From Squalus acanthias (taxonomy: Eukaryota), in the NCBI GenBank assembly GCA_030390025.1, contig JASTWF010000323.1:372001-436000 (forward strand): a stretch of DNA of 64,000 bases, given 5' to 3'. The position numbers and the translations under genes were made by a program. Shown piece after piece: positions 47,971 to 61,364 of this stretch (positions are counted from its first letter, which is position 1; each line of letters begins with the position of its first letter). Under the pieces are notes generated by a model that was not told where the DNA came from, did not search any database, and saw nothing but the letters and a program-made list of their open reading frames with translations.

Positions 47971-49240
47971 CTTGGTCTCTCTCCCCATATCACGCTCTCT
48001 CTCACTTCCCTTCAGTCTCTGTCACCGTTTCCCTCTCTTATCTCTCACACTCGGTCTCACTCTCCATGTCTCATCTCTCTCCGTCCTTCAGTCTCTGTCT
48101 CTGTTGCTCTATCCATATCTCTCTTTCTTGGTCTCTCTCTCTCTCTGTGTCTCTAGCTCTTTCCCCTTCAATGTCTATTTCGCTCTGCATTTCTCTCACC
48201 CTCGGTCTCCCTCTCCCCTTCAGTCTCTCACTGTTTTCCTCACCCTGTCTCTCTCTCGGTCTCTCTCCTTATGTCTCTCTTTCTTCCCTTCAGTCTCTGA
48301 CTCAATTTCCCACTCCCTCTCTCTCTCTCACTCCCCTATGTTTATATATTTCTATCCTATCTCTCACTCTACCTATCTCTCATCATATCTGTCTCTCTCT
48401 CACTCTATGTCTCACCATGTTTGTCTTTCTATTTCGTCCACTCTCCCTATCTCTCATTCTTTGCCGCGCTCTCGCCCCCTGTTTCTTTCTATCACTCTCC
48501 TTTTCTTTCGCCCTTCCTCTCTCACCCTCTGGTACTGTGTGGGCCACGTGCGTCTCAGTTTCAGATCCTGTACATTAACAACACACAGCGGGCAAACGGA
48601 AATGATTTACTCCCGTCTGATATTATACAGTCCGAGTGTGTCTCATTTTCAGCTCCTGTACATAAACATTGCACAGTAGTTAATAGGGAACGATTCACTC
48701 CTGTCTGGTAATGTATGGAACGTTTGTGTCTCAGTGTCAACTCCTGTCTCTGCTGTGCACAGGGGATAAAAGAAAAAGTGAGTGAGAGAGAAACAGAGAC
48801 CAGGCGAGATAGGGAGTGAAAGTGAGAGAGAGAGAGGTGAGACGGACCAGGCGAGAAAGAGAGAGTGAGTGACAGAGTGAGAGAGATGTGGACCAGGCGA
48901 GAGAGTTAGTGCGAGGTAGAGAGAGAGAGACAGAGAGAGAGAGAAGGAGAGAGAGAGAGAGAGAGCTAGAGGTGAGGCAGATCAGGCGAGAGAGAGAGAG
49001 AGACAGCGAGAGAGAGGGAGAAAGAGAGAGAGAGTGAGAGACAGGAAGAGAGAGAGAGAGAGGGACAGGGAGAGAGAAAGAGAGAGATAGCCCAGGCAAG
49101 TGAGTGAAGGTAAGGCGAGCGAGTGAGAGATTGAGAGAGAGAGAGAGAGAGAGACAGGGAGAGAGAGAGAGAGAGAAAGAGATGTGAGGTAGGTCAGGTG
49201 CATTTGAGGGTGGGTGAGATAGAGAGAGATGAGGCACACC
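47970..49240. repeat. CT-rich (47970-48530) and GA-rich (48770-49240) low-complexity tracts
   Basis: Direct inspection. Confidence 0.85.
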
Positions 49241-49724
49241 ACGCGAGACTGTGAGGGAGATTTTCCCACAGGAAACCCATGACAATGTGTTACAATGGCA
49301 AATGTGTCTCTATGCGTGTGTTGATAGTTATTGTGGATTTGCGGGCGATTTTTATTGCACAAAGAATGTCTCTTGTAGTGTTTGAATGTGTGCAGTGTGT
49401 TCTGGAGATTCAATTAACATTTAATGTGGACTGGGTTTTCTCCCTCGCATTGTCAGTAGGAGCTGAAGGCCTGTGGGTGTATTTTACTGATTACTGTCAG
49501 CCCTTTGCAGTATAATAGAAAGGACAGAGTGTGTATGTGAGAGCGCTAAGATTAACCTGTCAGAGTGTCAAATATCCTGAAGTCAGTGGGAGTGTTTTAC
49601 AGAGTGTCTGTGGCGGTGGGTTATGATGTATACAGCGAGTCAATGAGTGTATTAATTTCAACCTAAATTACTGGCCCCAGAAGGGAGAGTATGTCGGACA
49701 GAATATGAGGCGGTATTCAGTACT

Positions 49725-50635
49725 TCAATTCTTCTCATCATTTATGAATTTTAAAATTACAGTAAAGGGATATTTCACCACATTCCTTAACTGCTCTCTG
49801 AACATAGTCTGGGTCACAGCATAAATAAAAGTATTTGTGCAGCAACTCAGGAGCTGGAGTATGTATCCCATTTCCATTTCAAAATAACTTAGATTCGAAT
49901 AATTTAACGTGAAATCACTTATTCGGCTACCTATAGAATACACCATAAAGATTGACCATAACAGCATAAAATTCCCCGAGATAACAAACAGTAAAATGAT
50001 GGATTTCCTTCGGCTCTCCATCTCTGGGTCTCTGGGACTCTCCCCACTGCTGGGACCCCGGAGTCTCCTCCGGGCTCTGCTGGCCACTAAAATGTGTCTG
50101 ACGGTTAAAGCATTGAGCAGCAGAATAAGAACAAATGGGACCCCCGGTGTTAGAATATAATGAAATAACTCGACTGCTGCCCACTTCCGTGTGTAGCGAA
50201 CCCACATTGTTACACGACAAAACCAGGGTTCATTCAGAAGCCAATATTCATTTGTTAATATATAATACCAGTAAATGTTCTTTAAACAGCTACTCACAGC
50301 CACTGTTCCTAGAACCACAGCCGCCGTTTTCTCGGTACAATATTTAGTTTTCAGCTTCTGACAACAAATGGCCACAAATCGATCAAAGGTGAAAGTGACG
50401 GTGAACCAGACAGAACAGTCTGTGACTGCATAAAGAAGGACGGCGTGGATATTACACAAGGGGATTTTCCGCATGAAACGAAACTGAACCCTATAAATAA
50501 TCGGAATGTGCCTCAATATCAGGTCGAGAATAATGACCAGTAGATCCGCCGTTGCCATGCCCACCAGGTAGCGAGTGACACATTTGGAGAGACCGCACTT
50601 TCCCCGTGACAGGATCACAATCGTCACTAGGTTTA
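49725..50635 (-). CDS. GPR139-like exon 2
   Basis: Open frame, TM1 second half to TM7, DRF motif, stop at 49725-49727. Confidence 0.92.
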
Positions 50636-53600
50636 CTGTAAGGAAGGCAAATAAACAGGGAAATTACACATCAGTCTGGGAGCAATGTTAACAGATTGAC
50701 GGAGTATTATTGAGAATTATAATCTGTCACAAATCCAGTGGTGTATTGAAATGATTGGAAAAAGGAATTACCATTCAATCAAATCAACCAAGAAATGGAA
50801 ATTTATATTAGGGATGAAATAACACATGAGGAACAGCAGTTTATAAGAGATCAGATAAAGGTTTCTTCTGAGATGACAGTTATTTTCATGCTCCAGTAAA
50901 AAGAGCGGACAATAAAAAAGACCACAAGAGCTAAGCTTCAGTTGGGGGAAGTAGAAATGAGCCCATGACCCTGGGTTAGTGAAAGGGAATAAGCCCAGGT
51001 TCCTGCTCCTCATCATTCCTCAGTGACCCTGGGTTAGCGTGGGGAAATCGTACAAGATCCCTCCCCCTGATCATTACCCAGTGACCCTGGGTTAGTGTAG
51101 GGGAATCAGCCCAGGTTCCTGCTCCTGATCATTACCCGATGACCCTGGATTAGTGTGGGAGAACCAGCTCAGGTTCCTGCTTCTGATCATTACCCAGTGA
51201 CCCTGGGTTAGTGTGGGAGAATCAGCTCAGGTTCCTGCTTCTGATCATTACCCAGTGACCCTGGGTTAGTGTGGGAGAATCAGCTCAGGTTCCTGCAACT
51301 GATCATTACCCAGTGACTGTGGGTTAGTGTGGGGGAATCAGCTCAGGTTCCTGCTCCTGATCATTACCCAGTGAAGCTGGGTTAATGTGAGGGAATCAGC
51401 CCAGGTTCCTGCTCCTGATCATTACCAAGTGACACTGGGTTAGTGTGGGGGAATCAGCCCAGGTTCCTGCAACTGATCATTACCCAGTGACTGTGGGTTA
51501 ATGTGGGGGAAACAGCTCAGGTTCCTGCTCCCTGGGTTAGTGTGAGGGAATGAGCCCTGTATCTTGCTCCTGATCATTCCCCGACGACACTGGGTTTCGG
51601 AGAGATAGTAAGACTAAACCGCTCTTTTTGACCTCGGCCCGGCGATTCTGTGAAATGAAGCGATATCAGTCCAGGATTAATCTGTCAGTCATTGATCGGT
51701 TGCTCCTTTGGAAAGTTTGTGTGAGGATGTCTGATGCGGGCGGGTTGTGTCGAGGATGATAGCCCTGATGTAACATGACTCAACTCCCACAGTTTAAAAA
51801 TTGGCGTATTACAGGAGGTCGATGCGACTCCACCCGTTTATCGCCACTGCGCAAGACGAATATCTGCCCCTGACACCGGGAGCTGGGTTGAAGAATGAAG
51901 CAGTGAACAGGGAGTGTGGACGCATATCTGCCCCAGAAACAGGGAGCTGGGTTGGAGAATGCAGCAGTGAACAGGGAGTGTGGACGAATATCAGCCCAGA
52001 AACCGGGAGCTGGGTTGGAGAATAAAGCAGTGAACAGGGAGTGTGGACGAATATCAGCCCAGAAACCGGGAGCTGGGTTGGAGAATGAATCAGTGAACAG
52101 GGAGTGTTGGCGAATATCAGACCAGAAACCGGGAGCTGGGTTGGAGAATGAAGCAGTGAACAGGGAGTTTGGGTGAATATCAGCCCAGAAACCGGGAGCT
52201 GGGTTGGAGAATGCAGCAGTGAACAGGGAGTGTGGACGAATATCAGCCCAGAAACCGGGAGCTGGGTTGAAGAATGAAGCTGTGAACAGGGAGTGTTGGC
52301 GAATATCAGACCAGAAACCGGGAGCTGGGTTGGAGAATGCAGCAGTGAACAGGGAGTGTGGGCGAATATCAGACCAGAAACCGGGAGCTGGGTTGGAGAA
52401 TGAAGCAGTGAACAGGGAGTGTTGGCGAATATCAGCCCAGAAACCGAGAGCTGGGATGGAGAATGAAGCAGTGAACAGGGAGTGTGGGTGAATATCAGCC
52501 CAGAAACCGGGAGCTGGGTTGGAGAATGAAGCAGTGAAAGAGTTGTTGCAGGTGGGAGGGCTTTAGTTTCCTGGAACACTGGGTCTGCTTCTGGGGAAGG
52601 TGGGACCTGTACAAGTCGTACGGGTTGCACTTGAACCGGACCAGGACCAACATCCTTGCAGGGAGGCTTGCTAGTACTGTTGGGGGGTTTGAAACGAACT
52701 TGGCAGGGGGTTGGGATACCGAGTAGAGCTATAGTAAGGGGTGATGCATAGCCAAATATAGAGGAAAAAACAAGTCAGTCTGGAAGGCAGAGCAAATATG
52801 TAACGGCACAAGGGAGTATGGAAAGGCTGGATGGCATTTATTTTAATGGAAGGAGTCTTGCGAGTAAGGCAGGTAAATTGAAAGTGTTGGTGAACACATG
52901 GGAGTATGATATTGTTGCTATCACAGAGACATGGATGAGGAAGGGCAGGACTGGCAGCTCAATACTCAATATTCCGGGGTATAGAATCTTCAGGAGAGAA
53001 AGAGGGGGGTATAAAAGAGGAGGGGGTGTCGCAGTATTAATCAAGGAGTCAATTACTGCTGTAAGGAGGGATAATATCTCAGCAGGTTCCACCAGTGAGG
53101 CCATATGGCTAGAACTTAGAAACAGAAAGGGGGAAAGCACTTCGCCGGGAGTGTACCTTAGGCACCCAAGCAGTCAGGAGGAGATAGAGGAACAGATATG
53201 TAGGCAAATCTCAGAGAAGTGTAGAAATAATAGGGTAATAATAGTAGGGGATTTTAACTTCCCCAATATTAACTGGGATAGTCAGAGTGTGAAAGGCTTA
53301 GAGGGTGCGGAATTCTAATAGTGCATCCAAGAGAGCTTCTTGAACCAGCATGTAGAAAGTCCAACAAGCAAGGGGGCGGTACTGGATCTAATTCTAGGAA
53401 ATGTAGCCGGGCAATTGGTAGAAGTGTTAGTAGGAGAACATTTTGGAGACAGTGGCCATAATTCGGTAAGATTTATGGTAGTAGAAACATAGAAACATAG
53501 AAAATAGGTACAGGAGTAGACCATTCGGTCCTTCGAGCCTGCACCGCCATTCAATGCGTTCATGGCTGAACATGCTACCTCAGTACCCCATTCCTGCTTT

Positions 53601-56600
53601 CTCGCCATACCCCTTGATCCCCTTAGTTGTGAGTGTTATATCTAACTCCCTTTTGAATATATTTAGCGAACTGGCCTCAACAACCTTCTGTGGAAGAGAA
53701 TTCCATAGATTCACCACTCTCTGGGTGAAGAAGTTCCTCCTCAGCTCAGTCCTAAATGGCTTCCCCTTAATCCTTAGACTGTGACCCCTGGTTCTAGTTT
53801 TCCCTACCATTGGGAACATTCTGCCCGCATCTAATTTGTCTAAACCAGTCAGGATTTTAAATGTCTCTATAAGATCCCCCCTCATTCTTCTGAACTCCAG
53901 AGGATACAAGTTCAGTTGACCCAATCTTTCTTGATATGTCAGTCCGGCCATCCCAGGAATCAATCTAGTGAACCTTCGCTGCACTCCCTCAATAGCAAGA
54001 ATGTCCTTCCTTAAGTTAGGAGACCAAAACTGCGCACAATACTCCAGGTGTGGCCTCACCAAGTACAACTGTAGCATCACCTCCCTACTCCTGTACTCAA
54101 ATCCCCTTGCTATGAAGGCCATCATTCCGTTTGCTTTCTTGACTGCCTGCTGCACTTGCATTCCCACCTTCAGTGACTGATGTACCATGACGCCCAGGTC
54201 TCGTTGCACGTCCCCTTTCCCTAATCTGCCACCATTCAGGTAATAGTCCGCCTCTCTATTTTTACCACCAAAGTGGATAACCTCACATTTATCCACATTG
54301 TACTTCATCTGCCATACATTTGCCCATTCACCCAACCTGTCCAAGTCACTCTGTAGCCTCCTAGCATCCTCCTCATTGTTCACACTGCCTCCCAATTTAG
54401 TGTCATCCGCAAATTTGGAGATATTACATTTAATCCCTTCGTCCAAATCATTAATATATAATGTAAACAGCTGGGGTCCCAGCACCGAACCCTGCGGTAC
54501 CCCGCTGGTCACTGCCTGCCATTCTGAAAAGTACCCATTTACTCCTACTCTTTGTTTCCTGTGTGCCAACCAGTTCTCAATCCACGTCAACACATTACCC
54601 CCAATCCCATGTGCTTTAACTTTGCTCACCAATCTCTTGTGTGGGACCTTGTCGAAGGCCTTCTGAAAGTCCAAATACACCACATCTACTGGTTCCCCCC
54701 TGTCCACCCTATTGGAAACATCCTCAAAAAATTCCAGAAGATTTGTCAAGCATGATTTCCCTTTCACAAATCCATGCTGACTTGGACCTATCATGTCGCC
54801 ACTTTCCAAATGGTCTGTTATGACATCTTTAATAATTGCTTCCATCATTTTACCCACGACCGATGTCAGGCTGACCGCTCTATAATTCCCTGCTTTCTCC
54901 CTCCCTCCTTTTTTAAAAAGAGAGGTTACATTGTCCACCCTCCACTCCATCGGAACTGATCCAGAGTCTAAGGAATGCTGGAAAATGATCGTCAATGCAT
55001 CCACTATTTCCAAGGCCACCTCCTTAAGTACTCTGGGATGCAGACCAGCAGGCCCCGGGGATTTTTCAGCCTTCAGTCCAATCAATTTCCCCAATACCTT
55101 TTCCCGACTAATAAGGATTTCCCTCAGCTCCTCCCTCTTACCAGATCCTCTGACCCCTTTTATTTCCGGCAGGTTGTGTGTGTCCTCCACAGTAAACACC
55201 GAACCAAAGTACTTGTTCAATTGATCTGCCATTTCCTTGTTCCCCATTACGACTTCCCCTGTTTCCGACTGCAGGGGACCTACGTTTGTTTTTACTAACC
55301 TCTTTCTTTTTACATATTTTCATATATAGTCATGTAAAAGGTCAAAGATGTACCGAAAATAAAGTTTCTAAATTGTGGGAAGGCCGACTTTAATATAATA
55401 AGGCAGAATCTGGCCAAAGTGGACTGGGATCAGCTACTTGTAGGAAAATCCACATCAGAGCAGTGGGAGTCTTTCAGAAAGGAAATAGAGAGTGTACAAT
55501 GGCAACATGTCCCCGTAAAGGTCAAGGGTGGGAACAACAAGCCGAGGGAACACTGGATTTCAAGGGATATACGAGAATGTATTAAAAAAGGGGGGCTTTT
55601 GGCAGATAGAAAGGACTAAAAAATAGTGGAAGCCCTAGAGGAGTATAGAAAGTGCAGGCGGTACTTATAAAAGAAATTAGGAGAGCCAAGAGGGGGCATG
55701 AAATTACACTGTCGGGCAAAATAAAGGAAAATCCCAAGGTGTTTTATAACTATATTAAGGGCAAGAGGATAATCAGGGAAAGAGTAGGGCCCATTAGGGA
55801 ACAAAGTGGCAATCTGTGTGTAGAGCCAGATGATGTAGCTGTGATTTTAAATGAATATTTTGAATCTGTGTTCACTATGGAGTAGGACGATGTAGGCATA
55901 GAAATCAGGCAGGGGGATTGTGATATATTTGAACAAATTAGTATTGAGAGGGAGGAGTTACTAGCGGTTTTAGCGGGCTTACAATTGGATAAATCCCCAG
56001 GCGCAGACGAGATGTATCACAGGCTGCTGTGTGAGGCAAGGGAGGAGATTGCAGGGGGTCTGACACAAATTTTCAGGACCTCTTTGGCCACAGGGGAGGT
56101 GCCAAAGGACTGGAGAACAGCTAACGTTGTACCATTATTCAAGAAGGTTAGTAGGGATAAACCAGGGAATTACAGGCCAGTGAGCCTCACATCAGTGATA
56201 GGGAAATTATTGGAAAAAATTCTGAAGGAAAGAATTAGTCTCCACTTGGAGAGGCAAGGATTAATCAAGGGTAGTCAGCATGGCTTTGTCAGGGGGAGGT
56301 CATATCTGACCAGTATGATTGAATTTTTCGAGGGGGTGACTAGGTGCATGGATGAGGGTAGTTGAGTTGATGTGGTCTACATGGACTTCAGCTAGGCTTT
56401 TGACAAAGTCCCGGATGGGAGACTGGTCAAGAAGGTAAGAGCCCATGCGATCCAGGGCAACTTGGCACATTGGATCCGTACTTGGCTTCGTACCAGGCGG
56501 CAGAGGGTGATGGTCGAAGGTTGTTTTTGTTACTGGAAGCTTGTGTCCAGTGGTGGACTGCAGGGATTTCTGCTGGTTAATTTGCTGTTTGTAGTGTACA

Positions 56601-58825
56601 TTAATGCTTTAGATATGAACGTAGGAAATATGATCAATAAGTTCGCAGATGTCACGAAAATTGGTGGGGTGTTAAATAGCGAGGAGGGAAGCCTTAGGCT
56701 ACAGGACGCTATAGACGGGTTGGTCACATGGGCATAACAGTGGCAAATGGAATTTAAACATGAAAAGTGTTAGGTGATGCATTTTGGGAGGACTAACAAG
56801 GCAAGGAAATACACAATAAATGGTAGGACTTTATGAAGGACAGAGCATCGAGGGACCTTGGTGTGGATCTACATAGATACCTGAAGGCAGCAGGACGGGT
56901 AGATAAGTTGGTTAAAAAGGCATATGGGATACTTGCCTTCAGTAGCCGAGGCATAGAATATAAGATCAGGGAGGTTATGATGGAGCTGTACAATACGCTA
57001 ATTAGGCCATAGCTGGAGAACTGTGTGCAGTTCTGGTCGCCACTCTATAGGAAGGTTGTGATTGCATTAGAGAGGGTGCAGAGGAGATTCACCAGGATGC
57101 TACCTGGGCTGGAGCGCTTCAGCTATCAAGAGAAACTGGACAGGCTGGCGTTGTTTTCCTTAGAGCAAAGAAAGCTGAGAGGGGACCTGATTGAGGTGTA
57201 CAAAATTATGATGGGCATAGATAGGGTAGATAGAAAGGAACTTTTCCCCTTAGTAGAGGGGACAATAACCAGGGGGCATATTTTCAAGGTAAGGGGCAGG
57301 AGGATTAGATTGGATTTGAGGAAGAACTTTTTCACCCAGAGGGTGGTTGGAATCTGGAACTCACTGCCTGAAAGGATGGTAGAGGCAGAATCCCTCACAA
57401 CATTCAAGAAGCATGTAGATGAGCACTTGAAACGGCATAGCATACAAGGCTCCGGAGCAAGTGCTGGAAAATGGGATTATAATAGACAGGGCTTGATGGC
57501 CGGTGCGGACACGATGGGCCGACGGGCCTGTTTCTGTGTTGTATAACTCTATGCCTCTATTACTCTATGAACAGGGAATGTGGCCGGGACCAAACTTGGC
57601 TGCAATGCCTCCTGTGAGCACCGGATCCCCCGTGAAACCGGAATACAGCAAGAAGACTACAAGCCCAGGAAAGGAGAGGTGAAACTGGTTAAAGACAGAT
57701 CAGGATCAGAAACCATTGATAACATTGTGCTTTCTCAATCAGTTATCAATTCGATTGTTTATTGAAAATGGATCCAGGAAACCAGTTATTTGTTGTAACC
57801 GGAACCATCTGCCTAACATGTTGTCGTTCATGTAAAAGCCGATGTTCCAATGTGATTACAAATACTTTCTGTAATAATGTATTATTATTTTATACAGTCT
57901 ATTAATATTGCCGATGGGATACATTACCCTGAGGTCTCAGAAACTGTCTGAGTGACACTGACAGGTCTAATGTAATGCATGTCGCCATTCAGGGATCGGT
58001 TTCCAAAGGGATAAAGACAGTAAAATACCAAAGCGTTCCTCTATTCACAATACCGCAGTTATAATCAGATTGAAACATTTACAGTAAAGGAGAGAAGGAC
58101 ATGATAGAAAGTTAAGTGTTGGACTGACTGAGGGATTTCCTCACCTGTGACAGGCAGCACGGAATTCAATTATTTCAAAACAATGATTGGAAATGGAATA
58201 CACTGAAAATCAACGAATAAAATCAGCTTATTTTTGGAAGATAAATGGCGCTTGTTTTAATATTAAACCATCCTGAAAAAGAAACATTGATGTGAAGCCG
58301 GAGATGTTGGAAAGTGAGCTGGAGGTTGGAGCTAGATTCTGAGTCATTGGAGCGAAATATGTCAACATCTGTCTGTGATCTATCTGTCCAGACGGGTTTC
58401 TAAAACTCGGTATAATTATCTCTATCCAGCAGAATCGGATTTCAGATTTCTCATCTATGTTGGAGAATCGAAGAATCTTCTAATCTTATGAAGAATACAT
58501 TAGGTGGGAGAAATGGTGAAAGTGAGGATGCGCCATTCGTTGAACTCAGAACAATAATATGGCGACTGTGTAATAATCAAATCAAGGGAAATTAAAGCAA
58601 CATCACATCCAGAGCAAAGGAAGTTCTCTGAATAAAAGTAATACATGGATATACTGACTTAAAATGACGAGAACAATAATATAGTGAAATACGATTTATG
58701 GAATTAATAGCTGGACACAGAGACTTACCAGGAACAGCAACAGCAGCGAGGATGGGATAGTAAATCTTCTGTACTTCACTGATGAATATTCTTATCTGAA
58801 TGTCCATTGAAAAAATCTTGTCCAT
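49725..58825 (-). CDS. Two-exon class A GPCR, GPR139-like, ~335 aa, apparently intact
   Basis: Exon 1 58825-58729 (MDKIFSMDIQIRIFISEVQKIYYPILAAVAVP G|gtaagt) splices to exon 2 50635-49725 (cag|TA): VNLVTIVILSRG..MATADLL..TFDRFVAIC..SCCTNTFIY; seven hydrophobic segments. Confidence 0.9.
50965..51600. repeat. 58-bp minisatellite (cccagtgaccctgggttagtgtgggagaatcagctcaggttcctgcttctgatcatta)
   Basis: About 11 tandem copies in the GPCR intron. Confidence 0.9.
51870..52538. repeat. 63-bp minisatellite (gggagctgggttggagaatgaagcagtgaacagggagtgtggacgaatatcagcccagaaacc)
   Basis: About 10.5 homogeneous copies; last unit resumes at 57568 after the CR1 insertion. Confidence 0.95.
52539..57568 (+). mobile_element. 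CR1 LINE (ORF1 C-terminus, ORF2 EN + RT, 3' tail), degenerate, hosting a nested CR1
   Basis: GLHLNR (ORF1), YFNGRSL..YDIVAITETW..GDFNFPNINW (EN), NYRPVSLTS, FAD; multiple stops; actctatg tail. Confidence 0.92.
53483..55326 (-). mobile_element. Young 5'-truncated CR1 LINE nested in an older CR1
   Basis: 555-aa open RT ORF 53580-55247; (tttctatg)n tail; tagt duplicated at 53479-53482 and 55327-55330. Confidence 0.95.
58729..58825 (-). CDS. GPR139-like exon 1
   Basis: ATG at 58825 (alternative 58807), YYPILAAVAVP, canonical gtaagt donor, phase 1 matching exon 2. Confidence 0.88.
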
Positions 58826-58899
58826 TCTCTCCCTTTCAGTAGAACCGCTGATCCCTGTTACTGCCGGAGCTGATGCTTTCACTGACACTGTCACTGGAT

Positions 58900-58975
58900 G
58901 GATTCCCTTATTAATAGAAGAGGGAAACCCTCCAGTGCCAAAATTAGGGTCCAGGGAGACTGACGTCAATTACAG
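58900..58975 (-). promoter_or_regulatory. Putative GPCR core promoter: TATA-like tattaataa and palindromic CRE
   Basis: TGACGTCA at 58961-58968 and AT-rich box at ~58907-58916, about 85-140 nt upstream of the ATG. Confidence 0.5.
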
Positions 58976-59171
58976 TCACTGAACAAACAGGCTCTGTTAA
59001 CCCTTGTCAATCCAACACTTTTTGTATCACAACATATATTTCACCAGCTATGAAATTAAAACTCTCTAAACCAAGAATATAATTTCCAAAGCTCCAACAA
59101 AACCTTGCGTGGTGTCATAGAGTGGGTCTGTACCCACAGATACCACAGGGGAAGACAATTGTCAACACCAA

Positions 59172-59620
59172 TAAGAACATAAGATCATAAGAATTAGGAG
59201 CAGGAGTCGACCATTCGGCCACTCGAGCCTGCTCCGCAATTCAATAACTCCAATTTCCTCCCTGATCCCCATAACCCTCGACTCTCCTATAGCTCAAATA
59301 TCTGTCTATCACCACCTTCAATATATTCACTGACTCAGCCTCCACAGCTCTCTGGGTTAGAGAATTCCAAAGATTCACGACCCTCTGTGAGATAAATTTT
59401 ATCCTCATCTCCGTCTTAAATGGGAGACCCCTTATTCTGAAACTATGCCCCCAAGCTCTAGATTACATCACAAGAGGAAACATCCTCCCAGCATCTAACC
59501 TGTCAAACCCCATCAGAATCTTATATGTTTCAATAAGATCACCAGTTGTTCTTCTAACCTACAATGAGTATACGCACAACCTTCTCAAACTTTCCTCATA
59601 AGACAACCCATTCGTCTCAA
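59172..59620 (-). mobile_element. CR1 LINE 3' fragment
   Basis: Tail aagaacataagatcataagaattaggagcaggagtcgaccattcgg; agaattccaaagattcacgaccctctg. Confidence 0.8.
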
Positions 59621-61050
59621 CAATAAACTGAACCCGCATCTGAAAACTAAACCAGCACTAATAAACTGACCCAGCATCTATAAACTGACACAGCACCAAC
59701 AACTGAACATTCACCAATAAACTGAAACAGCAACAATAAACTGAACCAGCCTCTATAAACTAAACAAGCACCAATAAACTGACCCTGCATCTATAAACTG
59801 ATAAGCACCAATGAACTGAACCAGCCTCTATAAACCAAACCAGCACCAATAAACGGACCCAGCATCTACAATCTAAACGAGTTCCAATAAACTGACCCAG
59901 CATCTATAAACTAAACCACCAATAAACTGACCCAGCATCTATAAACTGAACCAGCACCAATGAACTGAATCAGCACCAATAAACTGACCCAGCACCAATA
60001 AACTGACCCAGTATCGATAAACTGACCAAGCACCAATTAAATGGCCCAATATCTTTAAACTGACCCAGCACCAATAAACTGTCCGAGCATCTATTATCTA
60101 AACTAGCACCAATAAACGACCCAGTATCTATAAACTAATCCAGCGCCAATAAATTGAACCAACATTTAAAAACCTGCCTGCACCAATAAACTAAACCGGC
60201 ACCAATAAACTGACACAGCATCCATGAACTAAAGCAGCATCAATAAACTGTCCCAGCACCAATAAAATGAAGCAGCACCAGTAAACTGACCCAGCATCTA
60301 TAAACTGGCACAGCACCAATAAACTGACCCAGCATCTATAAACTGACCCAGCATCTATAAACTGACACAGCATCAATAAACTGACCCAGCACCAATAAAC
60401 TGACACAGCACCAATAAACTGATCCAGCATCTATAAACTGACCCAGCATCTATAAACTGACACAGCATCAATAAACTGACCCAGCACCAATAAACTGACA
60501 CAGCACCAATAAACTGACCCAGCACCAATAAACTGACCAAGCACCAATAAACTGACCCAGCACCAATAAACTGACCCAGTACGAATAAACTGACCCAACA
60601 GCAATAAACTGCCCCAGCACCAATAAACTGACCCAACACCAATAAACTGACCCAGCATCTATAAACTGAACCAGCATCTATAAACTGGTCCAGCACCAAT
60701 AAACTGACCCGGCACCAGTAAACTGACCCAGCATCAATAAACTGAATAAAACACCAATAAACTGACCCAGCTTCTATATACTGACCCAGCATCTATATAC
60801 TGACCCAGCATCTATATACTGACCCAGCAGCAATCAACTGACCGAACACCAATAAACTGACCCAACACCAATAAACCGACCCATCACCAATAAACTGACC
60901 CCGCACCAATAAACTGACCCAACATAAATAAACTGACACAGCATCTATAAACTGACGCAGCATCCATAAACTGACCCAGCATCTATAAACTGACCCAGCC
61001 TCAATAAACTGACCCAACACCAATAAACTGACCCAGCATGTAAAGCAGCA
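59620..61050. repeat. 19-bp minisatellite (aataaactgacccagcacc)
   Basis: Tandem array; degenerate extension to ~61320. Confidence 0.92.
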
Positions 61051-61364
61051 CCAAAGTACTGACCGAGTTTCTGTGAACGGAACAATCACAATCATGTGAG
61101 CCAGCATCACTACATTGCTCCAACATCAATTAACTAAAGCAAGACGAATGTAGATATCAAGCAAGCAGATTTTAAATTAGCACCAAGACACTGAAAAAAA
61201 TATCTATGACTAAACCAGCACAATCTACTAACCGAGCAAAAGTGAATTAAACTAACAACAATAAACGTACCGAGTATCTTCCAACTAAAGCAGCACCAAT
61301 AAACTGACCCAGCACCCACAGAGAAAACCAAGCCCCGGACACACGAATTAAATCTACCCAAAGT

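Noticed and set aside
51809..52630. 273-aa ORF with 21-aa repeats
   Set aside because: 63-bp intronic minisatellite whose unit is a multiple of 3; runs into CR1 sequence
60191..61361. Cys/Trp-rich repeat ORFs (GSVYWCWVSLL)
   Set aside because: 19-bp minisatellite read through rotating frames
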